DNA of 64,000 nucleotides, from NCBI GenBank assembly GCA_963514005.1, contig OY740812.1, positions 7,316,001-7,380,000 of the forward strand, in the 5' to 3' direction. Below, piece by piece: positions 61,701 to 64,000 of the stretch. Positions within the stretch are counted from its first letter, which is position 1, and the number at the start of each line of letters is the position of its first letter. The DNA is from Raja brachyura (lineage: Eukaryota). The translations under genes and the position numbers were made by a program. The notes under the pieces are model-generated. The model did not search any database, was not told where the DNA came from, and saw nothing but the letters and a program-made list of their open reading frames with translations.

Positions 61701-62294
61701 CAAACACACGGGGAAACAACCACAGGGAGTTACTGCACCACCTCTCCTGGTGGTCACCTGCCCACCTAGCGCGGCCACACCACTGAAACCACTCGACGGC
61801 CCTCTCTGCCTCCTGTCCACTCCTCTCTGTGTCCAGCTGCTGTTCAGATGTATTCAAGAGAGAGTTAGATTTAGCTCTTCGGGCTAACGGAATCAAGGGA
61901 TATGGGGATAAAGCAGGAACGGGGTACTGATTCTGGATGATCAGCCATGATCATAATGAATGGCGGTGCTGGCTCAAAGGGCTAAATGGCCTACTCCTGC
62001 ACCTCTTGTCTATGTTTCCGACCGACCCCTGCGGTCTGGGAGGAGCTGCGGCTGAACGCATTTCCCGCACAGATAGTTCGTAGGGATTCCAGGCTGCTCC
62101 CTTCTCTCGCACATCAGACACCACTCCGCCGACCGCCATAACGACCCCTTCAATACACAAAATACATCAAGCAAAAATCAATCTTAAACACCTTACTGTG
62201 CCCTTAACTTGATTCTTTCTACGTACCCTCCTCACCGAAGTTTGATTATTCACCAAAACCCACACTTTGTCCGACCTCAAAGTAGGCCCACTCA

Positions 62295-62502
62295 AAATGG
62301 CCGCTCCAAAGTAGCTGCTCCAACTTGACCTCACCAACATGGCTTATCCAACATGACCTTTCCAATGTGGCCACTCCGACATGGCCTATCCAATGTGACC
62401 ATGCCTTAAATGGCCTTTCCAACATGGCCACTCCTACATGACCTCTCCAATGTGGCCATACCAACATGACCTTTCCAACATGGCCATACCAACATGACTG
62501 CT
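62295..62502. repeat. 14-bp minisatellite, consensus about TCCAACATG(G/A)CCNN, roughly 14 units
   Basis: tccaacttgacctc/accaacatggctta/tccaacatgacctt/tccaatgtggccac/tccgacatggccta... Confidence 0.85.
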
Positions 62503-63151
62503 CTCTTTAACTTGCCACTGAGGCAGTCGGTCTTGAAAAGCAACAAGTCCTTACCTGTGCACAAACCTTTAAACTGCTCTGGTGGCTCCTCGCTGCTGCT
62601 AAGACGATCAGGCCTGAAAAACCCGGACAATTTTAACCCATCAAGTGAGGGTTAAAATAATACTGACTAAAATTTGAAAGATGACAGTCAAAGATGAAAC
62701 AACATATTCCTGTAGAAACAAGAGACTGCAGATGCTGGTTTACAAAATAGGACACAAAATATTAACTCAGTATATCAGGCAGCATCAGGTAGACTGAGGA
62801 AGGGTCTCGACCTGAACCGTTACCTATCCATGTTCTCTGGAGAAGCTGCCTGACCTGCTGAGTTACCGCAGCACTGTGATATATATTTCTGTACGTATAT
62901 CACCTGATTCCAGACACAAACCAATCCTTGAATCACTACTGCTCCCTACTGCAAGAGAAAAGGGATTACAATTTTCATCGTGGAAAACAGTGAATGGTAG
63001 TGGCACCCAAACGATATTATGGAACTTAAAACAGCGTGTCTTTCTACACAAGAGACCGCAGAGGCTGGTGCTGAAGCCAAAAAGCAAACTGCTGCAGAAA
63101 CTCAGCGGGTGAAACAGCATTCCAGTTCAGTAAAAACAAATAACTGCAAAT

Positions 63152-63857
63152 TGTTAAAGAAGGAACTGCAGATGCTGGAGAATCGAGGGTTACACAAAAA
63201 GCTGGAGAAACTCAGCGTGTGCAGCAGCATCTAAGGAGCGAAGGAGATAGGCGACGTTTCGGGTCGAGACCCTTCTTCAGACTGGTCAGGGATCAGGGAA
63301 GCGAGAGATATAAACAGTGATGTGGAGAGATAAGGAACAATGAGTGAAAGATATGCAAAAAAGTATTGGTGATAAAGGAAGCAGGCCATTGTAAGCTGTT
63401 TGTGGTGTGAAAATGAGAAGCTAGTGCGACTGGGGGGGGGAGGGGAGATGGAGAAGGAATGTCAGGGCCAGAGGGCTGAGGGAGAGGTGGGGGGGAGGCA
63501 GTCTGGGTTAACAGAATTGAGAAAATTCAATGTTTAAGCCCAGAGGATGCAGACTCCCCAAGCGGAATATGAGGTGCTGTTCCTCCAACTTGCGGTGTTG
63601 ATCACTCTGGCCGTGGAGGAGGCCCAGGACCGAGAGGTCGGATACGCAGTGGGAGGGGGAGTTGAAGTGCTGAGCCACCGGGAGGTCGGGTTGGTTATTG
63701 CGGACCGAGCGGAGGTGTTCGGCGAAACGATCGCCCAGCCTCCGCTTGGTCTCACCGATGTAGATCAGCTGGCATCTGGAGCAACGGATGCAGTAGATGA
63801 GGTTGGAGGAGGTGCAGGTGAACCTCTGTCGGACTTGGAATGACTGCTGGGGTCCAA
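63152..63857 (-). mobile_element. 5'-truncated Neptune-clade Penelope-like element (GIY-YIG endonuclease, 3' UTR, subfamily-B end)
   Basis: Contiguous endonuclease frame, pyrimidine-rich UTR and hammerhead-like core at 63253-63280. Confidence 0.9.
63508..63855 (-). CDS. GIY-YIG endonuclease domain of the PLE, 115 uninterrupted codons, no start codon (5'-truncated)
   Basis: GPQQSFQVRQRFTCTSSNLIYCIRCSRCQLIYIGETKRRLGDRFAEH...VAQHF...RKLEEQHLIFRLGSLHPLGLNIEFSQFC*; LIY-CxxC-YIG with Arg, His and Glu of the PLE endonuclease. Confidence 0.85.
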   Translation of the reverse strand, partial: GPQQSFQVRQRFTCTSSNLIYCIRCSRCQLIYIGETKRRLGDRFAEHLRSVRNNQPDLPVAQHFNSPSHCVSDLSVLGLLHGQSDQHRKLEEQHLIFRLGSLHPLGLNIEFSQFC

Positions 63858-64000
63858 CTGCAAATGTTGGTTTATACCAAAGTCAGATGTCAGTGGAGGT
63901 CAGGATCAAACCGCTGGTGCTGTGAGGCAGCAGCTCTACCCGCTGCACCACTGCAAAGAGGAAGGCAATCTTTCGGATAATAATCCTACAACAGGACGTC

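Noticed and set aside
62295-62502. CRISPR-like array
   Set aside because: Contiguous 14-bp tandem units with no unique spacers, in a vertebrate context without cas genes
63534-63843. Listed ORFs 63547-63843 (+) and 63534-63755 (-)
   Set aside because: Antisense or wrong-frame shadows of the GIY-YIG frame at 63508-63855 (-)

Overview
Vertebrate genomic DNA, most likely from an elasmobranch (skate/ray-like, inferred from the HE1/V-SINE, CR1 and Neptune repeat landscape). Two host protein-coding pieces are supportable. One is the terminal coding exon and 3' UTR of TOP2A (1509-1652, +). The other is a complete single-exon connexin CDS (49759-50616, +) identified as GJD3/Cx31.9 by diagnostic residues and conserved TOP2A-GJD3(-RARA) synteny. 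Much of the rest is a dense, nested retroelement mosaic: about 20 tRNA-headed V-SINEs, many CR1 and Rex1/Babar fragments, PIF/Harbinger and hAT MITEs, and more than 30 short Penelope-like (Neptune) 3'-end units. The most notable signals are: (i) the Neptune units carry a minimal hammerhead-ribozyme-like core and often sit as palindromic dimers inserted in one event with 9-14 bp TSDs, and are linked in-window to an open GIY-YIG endonuclease frame; (ii) a TSD-flanked 386-bp element resembling an RTE 5' UTR that folds on paper into an HDV-like pseudoknotted RNA; (iii) a GC-rich SINE-like family with a conserved stem and variable loop; (iv) a local templated insertion that copied unique DNA 4.4 kb away. 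Repeat boundaries and copy counts were read by eye and are approximate.
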